Source of the DNA: Nemertoderma westbladi
Lineage: Eukaryota > Animalia > Xenacoelomorpha
Direction: 5' to 3'
Assembly: GCA_032718475.1 (NCBI GenBank)
Contig: JAUCBJ010003098.1
Span: 1-64,000 of the forward strand
DNA: 64,000 bases
This document shows, piece after piece, positions 37,447 through 48,063 of the stretch. The notes under the pieces are model-generated. The model was not told where the DNA came from. It worked only from the letters and a program-made list of their open reading frames with translations, and ran no database searches. Position 1 is the first letter of the stretch; each line of letters opens with the position of its first letter. The translations under genes and the position numbers were made by a program.

Positions 37447-37899
37447 TTACAACACATGTTGGTTTATTTTATAATAATTAACAAGCCATTTATATAATAT
37501 TATTTCATTTATTTCCACATTATTTGTAAACGCTCTCATTGGATAGATTGTGTGAATACGATTTACGAAATAATAAAGACAGTACAGACCGCATGTGGTC
37601 CGCCTAGGGTCTTGAAATTGTTTGCGAGTAGTACGCCACCTTGCGGAATTTTTCTCAAGCCATTTTTCGATGCATCTGTTTGGATATTTTGGTCCAAACG
37701 AGTCAAATACTTCGGCCTCATTATCTCGTATATATATTGCGATCCAATGAATCCCAGGAAGATGCTCTTTATCGGTATTTACTATCAACCCATAATCTTT
37801 CCGCTTATTATTATCTAATTTAGGTAATTTGTTAGCTGGAAACGCTCCCAAATAGTGACAACCCACTGGAAACATATCAAGGTCCTCTGTAGATAACAT
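37447..37899 (-). CDS. Adenain-like (adenovirus-type) cysteine maturation protease
   Basis: IVNTD...PGIHWIAIY...FDSFG...QFQ...TCGLYCLYY (His-Asp-Gln-Cys). Confidence 0.92.
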   Translation of the reverse strand: MLSTEDLDMFPVGCHYLGAFPANKLPKLDNNKRKDYGLIVNTDKEHLPGIHWIAIYIRDNEAEVFDSFGPKYPNRCIEKWLEKNSARWRTTRKQFQDPRRTTCGLYCLYYFVNRIHTIYPMRAFTNNVEINEIILYKWLVNYYKINQHVL

Positions 37900-37901
37900 A
37901 C

Positions 37902-39161
37902 TTAATCGATATGTATTTCTTTCCTGCTATTTAAACTTAATGATTGATCATAAATATTAAAAAGGATTACATTTATGGTTTCAACCAACGGTTCGGCAAA
38001 TCTTAATTTTAATTGGCCGTTAGTATATATCGACGGTTGCGGATCTCTAACATAGCCGTCGGCGGTTAGGTCCCAGGATAGGAGGGGACAATTACCTAAG
38101 TAGGTTTCATGGTCTATATTATTACCCCCATAACCGTTAATATATGTATTAATGTTTTTCATTAATTGAGTATACTCAAAAATGTATGTTCCATCTGTAA
38201 AATTAGGCTCGTATATTACACCCCCTACTGGAAGACCGTCTACAATCAGTTCCGCGCGTCTAAGGTTAAAATGTTCAAATTTCAAGGGATTGCTAATTAA
38301 TTCTCCCGAATAAACGTTATTTGTTATGAAGCCGATAATAACTAATTTGGGTTTTTTACCATCAAATATGTTTGTTTGGGTGTAATTTGTGGTTTGAGCG
38401 GGAATAGTAAATGTTGTAACCTCCTTTTTTTGAAATTGATATTCAATATCGTAACTCTCTAAACCTTTTAGGTGACTGCTTTCTATTACCGGATTAACCT
38501 CCATTCTAGGGATTAGGATCTTTATTTCATCTAATTCTAGCCGAAGATTTGTCACCGCGTTTGCGTTTGGAGTGATTTTAAAAATAAACGAATTTGATAC
38601 TTTTCTAAAATGCATTCTTAAATCATACCCGGGTTGTATTATTTTGCTTTCAGTATCAAAATCAATCGTCAATCCACTTACAAATTGCATTTGTTTACTA
38701 AAGGCATCACCAATAGGATGCGCGCCGGGATCAATTTCATTTCCGTGCTCAGATAAAGGTTGATGAAAGCCACCCGCACCCAGTAGCCCATTTTTATCCT
38801 CGTAAGTTGTAAATAATAAATTGGATAAGTACGACTTGTAGAAATAATGGTTATTGCTATTTTCAACCTGCTTCTCATTAAGGTCTATTTTAATATCACT
38901 CCACATAGTTTCAGCGGGGTAATTCAGCATATATATATGGGAGTTTTCAAGTCGTCTATCCAATCGTACAGTACATTTTGTAATTAATAACGCATCTTGC
39001 AGTTTCGTATAGAATTCATTGGATCTCGGTACAAGGAACGTGACTTCCCTAGACTCACTTCTGAGATTAGATACAGGGTAAATTGTTTCATAATGCTTTG
39101 CTTTAAATTCAGTCTGTATTGGCTGTGTAGAAAATAAATCTAATTCCTTAATAATTGACAT
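37902..39161 (-). CDS. Polinton major capsid protein (double jelly-roll, hexon-like)
   Basis: ELDLFS...QT...YETIYPVS, PKLVIIGF, NPLKFEHFNL, WDLTAD, LKLRFAEPL. 419 aa, immediately upstream of the protease. Confidence 0.85.
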   Translation of the reverse strand: MSIIKELDLFSTQPIQTEFKAKHYETIYPVSNLRSESREVTFLVPRSNEFYTKLQDALLITKCTVRLDRRLENSHIYMLNYPAETMWSDIKIDLNEKQVENSNNHYFYKSYLSNLLFTTYEDKNGLLGAGGFHQPLSEHGNEIDPGAHPIGDAFSKQMQFVSGLTIDFDTESKIIQPGYDLRMHFRKVSNSFIFKITPNANAVTNLRLELDEIKILIPRMEVNPVIESSHLKGLESYDIEYQFQKKEVTTFTIPAQTTNYTQTNIFDGKKPKLVIIGFITNNVYSGELISNPLKFEHFNLRRAELIVDGLPVGGVIYEPNFTDGTYIFEYTQLMKNINTYINGYGGNNIDHETYLGNCPLLSWDLTADGYVRDPQPSIYTNGQLKLRFAEPLVETINVILFNIYDQSLSLNSRKEIHID

Positions 39162-39221
39162 TATTAAAAAATACTTTTTTCGCAGTGTTTTAGTTTGCCT
39201 TTTATTTTTCTATTTTTATTA

Positions 39222-39758
39222 TGTGACGGGATCCAAGAGGGATCCCGGTTTATCCGGTTTTAGTTCACGCGTCCCCGCCGTGTATAAAGAGTGAATAAGT
39301 TCGTGCTGTTTGTCGTGTATAATATGATATGCAGGTATAGATATAGATATAGATATATTGTCGTATACGGAAGGTGGGATACGGTAACTAAAGTCCCGGT
39401 CCTTCTCTAGCTAAACTATTGTAACCTAATCTAGCACCGGTATTGCACTGAGATAACTGAATTGGTATTATTACTGCCAAGTGGCTATATTGCACGGTTG
39501 GCCTTGTTACTCTACCTAATCGATGCCTTTCCCCCCTCTGATTGGTTGATACCCTTGTTGGCGCCCTTTGGAGTGTTCCCGTTCACTCCACCTATTCTCT
39601 CTGGGTTAGGGGTTTGGCCCCTGACCCTCATTGTGTGCTTCTCCTTCCCATTCTCATTGGGATGGCACGAGTTGGTTAATTACCCAATCTCGTGGCTCCC
39701 AATATTGCTTATCGGCTTATAACTTTATGGGGTGTTAGCGGGATTGAATAAGCTAACA
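39222..39758 (-). repeat. 3' LTR of the outer element (537 bp)
   Basis: TGTGACGGGATCC...GCTAACA, adjacent to the PPT. Confidence 0.88.
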
Positions 39759-40470
39759 CTCCCCCCCATGCTATCTTCCCGGTAAGAAGATAGCATCAAC
39801 CAAAAAGTGCGCTACAATCCCGCTGGATCCCGATCTAGTATCGGGTGTGGGGTGGAATTCTTTTCTCTCGGAGCCGGCTTTCCAGGCCGCCCCCTATGGG
39901 TATGATAATGCTACCCTGTGTGCCTGGCATCTCATGTCGGGCCGATCGCGCTCACCTCTCACGCAACTTTTGTTTCCCCAACACTTCCGCCCTATCTCTT
40001 CTTCACTCTCATTGTAACTCTCCCATACACCCGGACCTCCTCGTCCCTCACTCAGCCTCTTATTCTCCCTCCCCACACTAGAATTGCGTCCGCACTCTCT
40101 CCGCACTTCGCACTAACTACTCTGTCCCTCAACCCTACTTCGACTGCCTTGTCCCTTCAGACGAATCTCCCCCCCCCCCTCTTGTGCCGTCGCACTCAAG
40201 AAGTGTGAAATTGTCTGGTGTCTCGTCCATAGTGCCATAGTCAGTTATCCCCCAGTCCCAGTAGCTAATTGAGAAAGGTTGTATGACTATAGTACTTACT
40301 CCGAACGTATATATTTCTAGATTACTAATTACTACGTACGTACATACAAATTGCACTTATATGATTATTTGCATTAATTAAATTTGTACTTAATAGTTCG
40401 TACGTCCCACGCGGAGCCTTCCAGGCGCACCACGTCCCAGTCTCAGTCTCTATCCCTCGACTCTGGGAAC

Positions 40471-42678
40471 CTATCTGTTCCTCTGGGGATAGTTCCCCCT
40501 GGCGTCCTCTTCCCTGGGCCGTTTCTTGGTTATCACCGTTCCTCTGGCATCATCCGCTTTCTGCTTTCGGACCTTCGCCGCCACTTCCTTGCTGATCCCG
40601 GTCGTTGGCTCCTTGGGCGCTGGTGTTATTAGTGCCCGATATCGCTTCGCCGGTGGCCCCTCAGAGTGGCCTGGTTGTCTCCCTCTGGTGGCGTCCCATA
40701 GGATCATTTTCATTGCCTTTGGTACGTGCTCCGCCAAGAAATCCCTAAACTCCCTTCGGTTCTCTGGCGTCCACCTGTCCAAATACCTTTGCGTGTTCAT
40801 TACTCCAGCGTACGACGCCGCCGTTGCTACCTCTTGGTAGGTAAACGGTAGCCTCCGCTTTATGATTTCCATGTGAGTCTCCTGATTGATAAGGAAGAAA
40901 CCCCACTTGAACTCCTGGGCCTTCATGCGCTGGCGCGTCATGGCCCCGACGTCGGCCCACTCCTCGAATCTTGTGAACTTCTCCTCGTCGTTCATCCAGT
41001 CGCACTCGCGTCCGTAGTGTCCCCGAAAGTGACACTTTGGACATCGGTTATGCAACCGTGGACACGCCCCCATCCTGTGGCTTGGTTCTCTGCAGTAGAG
41101 ACAAAAGGTTCCCTGTTGGAACCGGTATAGGCAGCTGCTTTCCCGATGGGTCTGTCTCCCACAGTAGTCGCAGCCGAGTACCAATGTCTCCCGTCCCACC
41201 TCGTCTTTCGTCCCAAGCGATCTCCGCGGTCTGTGGGGTCGCTGGTAGGCGAACTTCTCTACGTTGGTCTCTCTATCTACGTCGATCTCTCCGCCCCTCT
41301 CGGGCATCGTCTCCCCGAATACTATCCATGGTGCCATCCCCGGTTGCTCGCCCAACCTGATGGTGCTCCCCGCGAAATCCATCGCCGGCTCCTCGTGCAC
41401 CCAGGTCCGCTTGCCGGATCTGTTCCAGAAGGCCCTCGCCCCACTGGCCGTCACCACCCTTCCGCCAACCCAGTCCGTGTCCGAGTGGCCTATCCTCTCG
41501 ATGGGCGGCATCTCTCCGAACTCGTCGTCGTCGTCCTCCTCTTCTGGCAGTGTCTCCAGCCCCGGTATCCCGATGGATCCACTATGTCCCTTCCCGCCTT
41601 GGCTCTCGCCCGTAGCTCTCCATCCCTCTAGCTCCCTTAACTTCCTTGGCGGTTGGTCGCCCTCGGCGCCCGCTGGTATGGGCATCGTTTGCAACCCCGA
41701 CGTCGACTGTTTCGGCGATCCCACCGTCCATCCCAATTCTCGCCCTAGAGACTCCCCCGAACTCCCTGATGAAGTCCAATGAAGTTCGTCTAGGCCTGCC
41801 TGTTCCTCGAAGCCGTAACTCTGTGTCCTGGCCTCCTCTTCCCTCTCCTCTGCTTCTGTCCTCTCCCATCTAGCGACTTCTTCCAGTCGCTTTGCTTCTC
41901 GTCTATCCGTTTCTAGCTGCTCCCATCTCTGATACGGTGTATCTGTCTCCCCGTCTACCAGATGCCGGCTGTTGTAGTACACCGATTGGCCGCATTGGCC
42001 TGTGTTTTCGACTACCCCCAACCCATCCGGTGCCGTCATAGCCATAAAGACTTTCTGCATATCCAGGAGGTTGGTGGCGTCCGGACCGATGATCCTCTCC
42101 GCGTCCTCGCGAATCGCCGATCCCACTTTCGTTGTCGACTTCTCTCTTACTAAGACTTGTACCGCTTTCGGTAATCGGTCTAATTTCGGCCCGTCCTTCT
42201 TCCCATACGTCCCTAGGTCGAATAAGAAGATGTCCCCATTTGGCGCGGCCAAATGTAGGAGTATGGTCCTGGCCGACCCCGCAGTTCCTCGTCTCGAACC
42301 CGCCTCGTCTTCCACGGTTCCCTCATCATCTAGGATCATATATCCTCCTCTGTTGACGGACTCTATGAATCTCTTCCAGTCCTTCCTCGGTGATTCCCTC
42401 GGGTACTTCGGAATCCCGAACTTCGCCTCGTCCCCTTTCACCACGTAGTGGAAGTGTTGGAAGATCGCGTTGTCCAGCGACGGCATCCCGTAGGTCCCGA
42501 CCAGCCGCTGTTCGTGCATCTCCCTGAAGTGATCCTGCAGCGCTCGCGCCGCGTGACCCCTTTCCAACCTCTCGTAGTATCCTCTCGTCTTCTCTTCCGG
42601 ATGTCTCTCGGTGAAATCCACCAGTATCTCCTTTCCTCCTGACTCCGCTTTTCTCTTTCTGATCAACTTACTCGCCAT
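40471..42678 (-). CDS. DEDD/WRN-EXD-like 3'-5' exonuclease domain + acidic linker + three CCHC knuckles (735 aa, open)
   Basis: ExoI-like MILDDEG, LLHLAAPNGDIFLFDL, LPKAVQVLVREKSTTKVGSAIREDA (ExoII), LLDMQ. Knuckles CDYCGRQTHRESSC, CLYCREPSHRMGAC, CPKCHFRGHYGREC. ExoIII is not evident. Confidence 0.75.
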   Translation of the reverse strand: MASKLIRKRKAESGGKEILVDFTERHPEEKTRGYYERLERGHAARALQDHFREMHEQRLVGTYGMPSLDNAIFQHFHYVVKGDEAKFGIPKYPRESPRKDWKRFIESVNRGGYMILDDEGTVEDEAGSRRGTAGSARTILLHLAAPNGDIFLFDLGTYGKKDGPKLDRLPKAVQVLVREKSTTKVGSAIREDAERIIGPDATNLLDMQKVFMAMTAPDGLGVVENTGQCGQSVYYNSRHLVDGETDTPYQRWEQLETDRREAKRLEEVARWERTEAEEREEEARTQSYGFEEQAGLDELHWTSSGSSGESLGRELGWTVGSPKQSTSGLQTMPIPAGAEGDQPPRKLRELEGWRATGESQGGKGHSGSIGIPGLETLPEEEDDDDEFGEMPPIERIGHSDTDWVGGRVVTASGARAFWNRSGKRTWVHEEPAMDFAGSTIRLGEQPGMAPWIVFGETMPERGGEIDVDRETNVEKFAYQRPHRPRRSLGTKDEVGRETLVLGCDYCGRQTHRESSCLYRFQQGTFCLYCREPSHRMGACPRLHNRCPKCHFRGHYGRECDWMNDEEKFTRFEEWADVGAMTRQRMKAQEFKWGFFLINQETHMEIIKRRLPFTYQEVATAASYAGVMNTQRYLDRWTPENRREFRDFLAEHVPKAMKMILWDATRGRQPGHSEGPPAKRYRALITPAPKEPTTGISKEVAAKVRKQKADDARGTVITKKRPREEDARGNYPQRNR

Positions 42679-43539
42679 TCCGAACGTTCACTCGCTCACC
42701 TGCAAGGTGGTGCCTTACCAAGGCGCAATACAGATGAGTGATGTATCTAAGATGTTCTGTACGGTTCGATAATGGCCTATTTCCTACTTAACTGCGCCTT
42801 TTAACCTAAATTATTCCTAATTAATTTTGAAGCTAGTAAATGAGCGTAATTTACAATTTCTGTCCGTTACTTTTATTATGTTCTAGAATAACTCCCCTTG
42901 TGTTGCCACTATTTTACAACTTTCAGCTCTATTCTGTTTATTTATCTATTTAATTTGATTCTACTGTCCTACTACTTACTACTGCCTATGGATTATGTAT
43001 CGTGAGATATGAAAAGTAGGTGCACGTTAAGGGTTGCAACTATATTCCTTTATGTTTCAACCTAAAATAATTCATATAACAATCATAATTCGCTTGACCG
43101 GAAATTATACAGAGTAAGTTTATTCACGGTAATTAACATATAATAATCTACAACGATATACTAAATAATAAGGGTATAATGTGATAATCATATACTTACA
43201 CAATAACGGGCATAACTATCCAAATTGATACCGACATTCAGGCATATCCTAACCCAGTCAAGTATACAGTATAAACAATAATATAAATATATGTATAAAT
43301 CTTATCAATGTTGTACAAATTATATTCAATAAAATGAATGTCCAAGTATATCCTATATGAGGTACACATCTCATAAACATTGTCCGTTTACAGAGAGCAC
43401 CATAATTAAACAATTAATCAATGACCTGAATGCCAGATGTTTAACTTAATTAATTGCAGTCAGTTACCCCATGCCCCTCTCAGGCATAGAGTGCAGTATT
43501 ACAAGCCAATGTAATATGATTGGTAATCAATTTATCGTT

Positions 43540-46500
43540 TCACGATACACTCCCACCAAATTGTTCTTCCATAGGTAATATCACAACTAGTTTATGAACT
43601 GACCGACGAACAGATGTATCTGGTTTTCCTTTATAAACAGAACCAGGTTTCAAGTTTTTGTAACGTATAACAACGTCTCGTACTAAACCATCTTTACCTG
43701 GCTTCGCCTCTTTAACTTGAGCTAGTTTCCAACAGCCCCGCGGTACCTTGGTATCTTGAACAACTACAATATCTCCAACTTGAATGTCTCTGACTTGTAC
43801 ATGCCACTTTTGTCGAACAATTAGGGTTGGAAAGTAATCCCTAGTCCACTTTCTCCAGAATGAGTTTACCACTTCTTGAATGAACTTCCATCGTTTATTA
43901 TTATCGTTGGATGTGTCCCATGTACCAGCTGGACATTTAGATGTAGCTCTTCCCAATAAAAGGTCATTTGGGCATAGATAGGTACCATCTTCTGGATCCA
44001 TGCTCCTCAATGCGATTGGTCTCTCATTAAGAAGGTTAGCTACCTCAAATAATACAGTTTGCAATTCTGAAAATGTCATTATTGAAGATCCAATTGCAAG
44101 AGTAATACACCTTTTAGCGGATTTAATTAGAGCTTCGCTGCATCCATTTTCCCATGATGCTTTAGCCGACTTTGTCAATTCCCATTCAAATCCTTCCTTT
44201 TCGCCAAACGATTTTACTTTATCCCAATTCCAATCATCCACAACCTCATTCATCTCATGACTACAAAGTTGAGGTCCTGCATCCGATCTGATCTTTCTAG
44301 GGCATCCTCTTAGTGATATGAATCTACGCAAAACAATAATAAAGCTATCTGTGCTATATCCTTCAGCTAGATCAATATACACCGCTCTACTAGATGAACA
44401 ATTGAAAATGATCCCATATGCTTTCATTCGAGTTCGCTTCTTAACAGTATCCTTGATATAGAGAGGTCCAAATAAATCAACAGCACAAAAATAGAATGCT
44501 GGTGATGGCTCCATTCGTTCTAAAGGCAGGTCTCCCATTTGTTGTTCAATGACCATACCTTCAAGCCTTCTACACTTGATACATTGTTTCTTAATTAGTT
44601 TAATTATTCTTCGTACACCAGGAATCCAATATTTGCTTCGAACCTTAGCTAGAGTAGCTTCAACTCCAGAATGATCTCTATTATGCATCTCGTTAAGATA
44701 CAACTTTATAAAATCTGATTTTGAGGGTAAAAGAATAAATTCTTGTTTGTTCCAATTCTTCTTTAACCACTGAGACATTCTTTTCCCAACTACTATTACT
44801 CCTCTTTCATTCAAACTCGGTCCCAATCGACGGTATCTATGTCTCCAGTCTGTAGGCAGTTCAGATTGAAGGTAAAGAATCCATATATCTTCGGCAATGT
44901 TTATTTCATTATTGGTCAGCCCCATTCCACCTCCATTGAAAGATCGAGACTTTGCCACCTTCAAAATAATTGCTGTGACACTTAACAATGTGTGAAAGTT
45001 CGAAAATCTATCAACATTAATGTCTTGTAAATCACATGATTCTGTATTCATTTCCTGTCTCTCTGCCTGAACCACCATTGATACTCCAATGACATCCGGA
45101 ATTTCATCCTCGGGTATGCTGCAATCCTTGCGCAAAGGCCAAATTTCAATAGGATATTGTAAATATTGAGGACCAGATTGCCATACACTGTTCTCTCCTA
45201 TTTCCATTGGATGAGTAATCCTCGTTGTCAGATCTGCAGGATTCTCATTAGTGGGAACCCACCACCAACTATCCACTTTTGTTTTACTCTGGATCTCCGC
45301 TACCCTTGTTGCAACAAACGTCCCAAATCCATAACTCTCTTTCTGAATTTGTGCTCGTACAATAGTGGAGTCCACAATATGAAATACCCTCGAAAATTCC
45401 ACATCGACTGCGCTTTCTATTTTTTCACTAAGACGGGCCGAGAGCACTGCTCCACATAATTCAAGTCTTGGAGTTGAAAGTTTCTTTACTGGAGCAATTC
45501 GATTCTTCGCTGCAATAAGACGTGACTCAAATTCATCCATGCCAATCTCCCATCTGATATATGCACAAGTACCATAAGCAATCTCACTTGCATCCGAATA
45601 TATAACAAGAATTGGTTTCCCATAGGCCCCTTGGGGTTTGAAACATCGAGGAAACAAAAGATCCTCCAAGTTAAATAAGTTTTTGAAAAAGCTAATCCAC
45701 TCTAATTTGAGCTCTCCAATGATCGGTTCATCCCACCGTGAACAAGAATTCAAATCATTGTTGATAGATTTTCTCATCATGCAATGCTTTCTTAAAAGGA
45801 CTTTACCACCTACTGAAACAGGAACAACGAACCCCATTGGGTCATAGAGTCGAGCCATTAGACCGACAACAATTCTAAGAGTTAAATCCATTTCACTCAA
45901 CATCGAAATCAACTCATCAATACCACCAATTTCCTTGATCTTCTTATCTGATTTGTTGGATAATTTAAGCTGTACCTTAAACCTAAAGTTATCTCCTTTG
46001 GTATCCCATATCATCCCCAAAACCTTTTCGGAATCTGGTTGTAGAACATTAAGTTCCTTACAGTATGCATCACTAGATGAACATTCCTCCTGGTCATTTA
46101 TTCCAGCGAAAATCCAATGTTTGACAAAAAAACCGCCACGTCCCAGCAGTTTTTCTGTATCCTTCGCTAAGTCGATTAGATCACTTTGCTGATCCTCAGA
46201 TGTCATCAAATCATCAACATAAATTTTTTCAGTGACAAAATTTGCTGCTCTAGGAAATTCTTTAACACCCATTGCTGCAGTGTTGTGAATTGCTTGTGTT
46301 GCTATTCCTCCACTAGGTTTATCGCCAAATCCAACAGCTGTTAACATGTAATGATCAGGTGAACGATTAATCTCCATATTCCTCCATAGAAAACGATGAA
46401 CATGTTGATCCATCAAGCACATGTTTACGGAATTATACATTTTTTTTATATCTCCAACAAGAGCAATGTATCCTTGCCGAAAGCGAATTAATATTTCCAT

Positions 46501-48063
46501 TAAATTTTTTACTAGATTGGTTCCTTTAGCCCAGTACTCATTCAAAACATGACCCATATAAGATGATGATGAATTAAATACTATCCTTATTGGTGTTGAT
46601 TGTGAATCCGGTTTTAAAACTTCATGATGAGGGATATAATGTATCGGCCCATTGTATTCTATAATCTCACTATTACTTAATTTTCGGGCGACCTTTCTCT
46701 GTATCATGTCCTTTATTTGATCGTCGTACAATTTAGAATACTCCAGTCCCATTTTGCTAAGGCGATTCTCTGTAGATCTTAATCTAGCTACTGCGACATT
46801 CACATTATTCGGTAGATTAGACGGACTTTTTATCCACGGATACCTAATTGTCCACTTTTCAGATTCCTGGTTATAGGAAAGTCCATCCCATATGAGTGCC
46901 ATTCCCCTTTCTTCTTCAATAGTGCAGTTGCTGTTCCCAATGGCACACCTTCCACATTTACATGACCCACATTTGGGAATACACTGAGTTCCCAAGCTTT
47001 CAACATCAAACATTTCTCTAAGTTCATCTACAAGCCTACTATCCGATACTATCATATGATTAATATTAGATCTTGTAACCTTGCTTCCCATTATATAGAA
47101 CAATTGAACATAACTACACTCTCCAGGATTTGGAATATTCAGGATTGGATGATTCCCTCTCAGGCAGAATCCAAATTGATTATTCAATAATTGCAAATTG
47201 TTTGATTGAGCTACAACCTTGGGCAATAGCTTACAACAATCTGATCCTATTAATAGGTCAACTGCACCACTGGGCCTTTCAATTTCTTGAAGAGATATAC
47301 CTGGAAACAAAGACGTTACCTTTGCCACATCTATTCGTGTTATATTCGCGGTAAGTTCCTGCATGCCATAAGTTCTCACATACCAAGTGACACCATATGC
47401 ATCTAATAAAGGGACTATATATTCCTTACTAACTAATTTGTCTGTAACATTCCCAACTTTCGTAACATGTAAGATAACTTCCTTTCCATTCAATCCAAGT
47501 CGTTTGGCAGTACTGTGTGTTATGAGAGAAAAATTAGCGCCTGAATCCCACAACACCGTGAGAAATTGTCCATTACATTTAACTTTGCTTAAAGGAAGAA
47601 GAACGCCATTATTTGAAAAATCGTTGTTTATAATTTTCAGAGAATTGTGGAGTGATACTCCACCAGTTCCTGTCCTATGAAGTAATGGATGGTGAATTTT
47701 GCCACACCTCAGATTGTGACCAAAAATCAATTCACATGGTTTACGTTGTGTGCAATTTCGTGATAGGTGACCTAATTGTAAACAACTGAAACAACCTCCC
47801 TTTCTACGGAGAACATCCAATCTTTGTTCTACATTTAATCTTCGGAAAATTTCACATGATGCCGTATCATGCACATTAGAATTATGATACCAACAATATT
47901 TATTGTAATTAGTGAATGTTAAATTTTGAGTTCTATTTCTTTCTGGAAAACCTTGTGATTTATTCCTTTCTGGGAAATGTAATCTACTCATATCTTGAAC
48001 TTGTCCTTGTGAACCGGAAACAATTTGGGCTACCTGAGCCAATCCTTCAACAATCTTGTTCAT
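43540..48063 (-). CDS. pol: BEL/Pao polyprotein (gag knuckles, aspartic protease, RT, RNase H, integrase)
   Basis: CFSCLQLGHLSRNC and C...HHPLLH; LWDSGA; YIPHH, GDIKKMY, YVDD; YSDASEIAYG, PRLEL, NPAD; HH-CC, VDLFGP, SDAG, E. Confidence 0.95.
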   Translation of the reverse strand: MNKIVEGLAQVAQIVSGSQGQVQDMSRLHFPERNKSQGFPERNRTQNLTFTNYNKYCWYHNSNVHDTASCEIFRRLNVEQRLDVLRRKGGCFSCLQLGHLSRNCTQRKPCELIFGHNLRCGKIHHPLLHRTGTGGVSLHNSLKIINNDFSNNGVLLPLSKVKCNGQFLTVLWDSGANFSLITHSTAKRLGLNGKEVILHVTKVGNVTDKLVSKEYIVPLLDAYGVTWYVRTYGMQELTANITRIDVAKVTSLFPGISLQEIERPSGAVDLLIGSDCCKLLPKVVAQSNNLQLLNNQFGFCLRGNHPILNIPNPGECSYVQLFYIMGSKVTRSNINHMIVSDSRLVDELREMFDVESLGTQCIPKCGSCKCGRCAIGNSNCTIEEERGMALIWDGLSYNQESEKWTIRYPWIKSPSNLPNNVNVAVARLRSTENRLSKMGLEYSKLYDDQIKDMIQRKVARKLSNSEIIEYNGPIHYIPHHEVLKPDSQSTPIRIVFNSSSSYMGHVLNEYWAKGTNLVKNLMEILIRFRQGYIALVGDIKKMYNSVNMCLMDQHVHRFLWRNMEINRSPDHYMLTAVGFGDKPSGGIATQAIHNTAAMGVKEFPRAANFVTEKIYVDDLMTSEDQQSDLIDLAKDTEKLLGRGGFFVKHWIFAGINDQEECSSSDAYCKELNVLQPDSEKVLGMIWDTKGDNFRFKVQLKLSNKSDKKIKEIGGIDELISMLSEMDLTLRIVVGLMARLYDPMGFVVPVSVGGKVLLRKHCMMRKSINNDLNSCSRWDEPIIGELKLEWISFFKNLFNLEDLLFPRCFKPQGAYGKPILVIYSDASEIAYGTCAYIRWEIGMDEFESRLIAAKNRIAPVKKLSTPRLELCGAVLSARLSEKIESAVDVEFSRVFHIVDSTIVRAQIQKESYGFGTFVATRVAEIQSKTKVDSWWWVPTNENPADLTTRITHPMEIGENSVWQSGPQYLQYPIEIWPLRKDCSIPEDEIPDVIGVSMVVQAERQEMNTESCDLQDINVDRFSNFHTLLSVTAIILKVAKSRSFNGGGMGLTNNEINIAEDIWILYLQSELPTDWRHRYRRLGPSLNERGVIVVGKRMSQWLKKNWNKQEFILLPSKSDFIKLYLNEMHNRDHSGVEATLAKVRSKYWIPGVRRIIKLIKKQCIKCRRLEGMVIEQQMGDLPLERMEPSPAFYFCAVDLFGPLYIKDTVKKRTRMKAYGIIFNCSSSRAVYIDLAEGYSTDSFIIVLRRFISLRGCPRKIRSDAGPQLCSHEMNEVVDDWNWDKVKSFGEKEGFEWELTKSAKASWENGCSEALIKSAKRCITLAIGSSIMTFSELQTVLFEVANLLNERPIALRSMDPEDGTYLCPNDLLLGRATSKCPAGTWDTSNDNNKRWKFIQEVVNSFWRKWTRDYFPTLIVRQKWHVQVRDIQVGDIVVVQDTKVPRGCWKLAQVKEAKPGKDGLVRDVVIRYKNLKPGSVYKGKPDTSVRRSVHKLVVILPMEEQFGGSVS

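Larger units (their letters stand above)
30340..39221. mobile_element. Polinton/Maverick (adintovirus-like) endogenous element fragment
   Basis: AT-rich block with protein-primed PolB converging on capsid and adenain protease genes. Truncated by an LTR at 39222. Integrase, ATPase, penton and a matched TIR pair were not seen. Confidence 0.9.

Noticed and set aside
39845-40356. Additional small ORFs between the cargo gene and the PPT
   Set aside because: Short, low-complexity purine-biased frames with no recognisable motifs.
40471-42678. Ordinary gag or env gene
   Set aside because: It lies at the 3' end of the element. No capsid-like region, signal peptide or transmembrane segment is evident, and the N-terminal motifs fit a DEDD exonuclease. 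A highly divergent gag is not formally excluded.
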